Part shown: positions 62,796-64,000 of the stretch, piece after piece
Layout of the letters: every line of letters begins with the position of its first letter
Position numbering within the stretch: the first letter of the stretch is position 1
Assembly: GCA_002104905.1 (NCBI GenBank)
Contig: MCFE01000033.1
Location: forward strand, 1-64,000
Origin: Basidiobolus meristosporus CBS 931.73
Taxonomy: Eukaryota > Fungi > Basidiobolomycota
DNA length: 64,000 nt
Direction: 5' to 3'
The notes under the pieces: generated by a model
What the model was told of the DNA's origin: nothing
The model's input: the letters and a program-made list of their open reading frames with translations, nothing else
The model's database searches: none
Translations under genes and position numbers: made by a program

Positions 62796-63011
62796 TTCGC
62801 CCCTCCAATCACCCGGACCACCGTAAAATTTGGGATACAAAAAAAGGAAAAAAAAGAAAATTTTCTACCTTGGCAGCTTTCGTGGGCACCAAACAATCAA
62901 GGAAACCAAGTATATATCAAGACTCACGAGCATATATTTTATTTGAATATTAAAACAAAGTAAATCTTTTATACATAAAATCTATGATGCTTCGAATTTC
63001 CTACTCCTCGG

Positions 63012-64000
63012 TCAAAGATCCAAATCAGAGCCGTCTCCCAGCCCAACCTCTTTTTCGAATTCGGACTGCTTCATCTTGCCCTTCTTCACCTTCTTGGCCA
63101 ATCTTTCTTCGCGTTGCAGACTTTCCCACTCGTCATCATCGTCCTCGTCGTCACTTGCATCGCGCTTCTTGCCTAGCTGTATGGCTGCCTCAATGGCCTT
63201 TTGGTTGAGATATTCTCGTTTTTTATCCTTCTTCAAGCGACGTTCAGCACGGCGGTCCTTGGCTTCTTGCTTGTCCGACCAAGCTTGCTTTTTCTTGGGT
63301 GCCCTGGGCTCACGTTCTGGACTGAAACAGAAGCCGGATTCATTCAATTAATCTGCCAGAACATGAAACGGCTTGACGAAGCTTACCGATTTTCACGCTC
63401 CTTCAATTTCAAAAGTCTCTGTTTCTCCTTGGCTTTGTCAAGATACTTGAGCTCATCAAGCTAAGGTAGCCAGGAAAGCGGGGTTAGATCGCGATGATTA
63501 GAGGGGAAAGCTGACCGGTACGTACATTAACATCGGGTGGAGAAAAGTCTACTTGACGATCTTTGAGCTCGGGCATTTTAGGGAGCTGTAGAATAAACAT
63601 ATGAGTACGCAGTTTGAGACATGCTAAGAACGGCCTCCCGCAACTAACCCTCAGCAAGCCATAGCCTCTAGCAGCCTTTCCAAAGTCGAAATCCTTGACA
63701 CGGAAGATATAAGTGGCCTCGTGTTTGGAGTAGGATCTTGCAAAGGAAACGAACGCTTTCATGCTCTTGAGAATAAAGGTCAATCATGTAATAGCTTCTG
63801 CGTTGAGGAAGTACATATTACTTTGTCATAGATATCCCTATCAGAGGCCACAATCTGCTGAACTTCCTCTAATATCTTGTCGTTTTCGGGATCTTCGAGA
63901 TCTTCGCTTGAGCCTGAAAGGGGGCTCAGATCTGATTGCAGATATGGGTATCTACGAAGGGGGATCTTTCGGATGTGGAGGAAGTCTTATTGGCGGTTAG
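63012..64000 (-). CDS. SPB4: DEAD-box RNA helicase Spb4/DDX55, 3' part (gene continues beyond the window)
   Basis: [16 protein letters not shown]|[28 protein letters not shown]|[14 protein letters not shown], charged tail. Confidence 0.92.

Overview
Gene-dense eukaryotic DNA from a fungus. Short GT-AG introns (mostly about 55-130 nt) with CTAAC/CTGAC-type branch points and the gene content suggest an early-diverging lineage (Zoopagomycota/Mucoromycota-like); this is inference. The first ~2.3 kb is an AT-rich, almost CpG-free degenerate block holding a CpG-decayed tRNA-Leu(UAG) and decayed ORFs, grading into ordinary DNA by ~4 kb. From 4.2 kb onward there are about 29 protein genes: ModF-like ABC ATPase, YCF1, APP1, CWF19L2, GCP3, eIF3b, a DsbA/HCCA-isomerase, a Nudix DIPP/DDP1, deoxyhypusine synthase, SLA1, ERV29, DNAJC7, an O-fucosyltransferase-like protein, SNX3, a half-LIM protein, two mitochondrial carriers, Elongin A, glycogen branching enzyme, DPH5, an Iec1-like zinc finger, RPL21, FAF1, ATP5, a Gpt2/Sct1 acyltransferase, a secreted tyrosinase, a secreted 38-aa-repeat protein, ARF1 and the 3' part of SPB4. 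DIPP and SNX3 are essentially invisible in the ORF track and were reconstructed by hand. The best non-obvious element is a ~274-nt stand-alone snR30/U17-type H/ACA snoRNA (62487-62760, minus strand) with its own TATA box. Three conserved genes show single-base indels, most likely assembly errors. All gene models, alignments and counts are manual; family assignments come from recalled motifs, not database searches.
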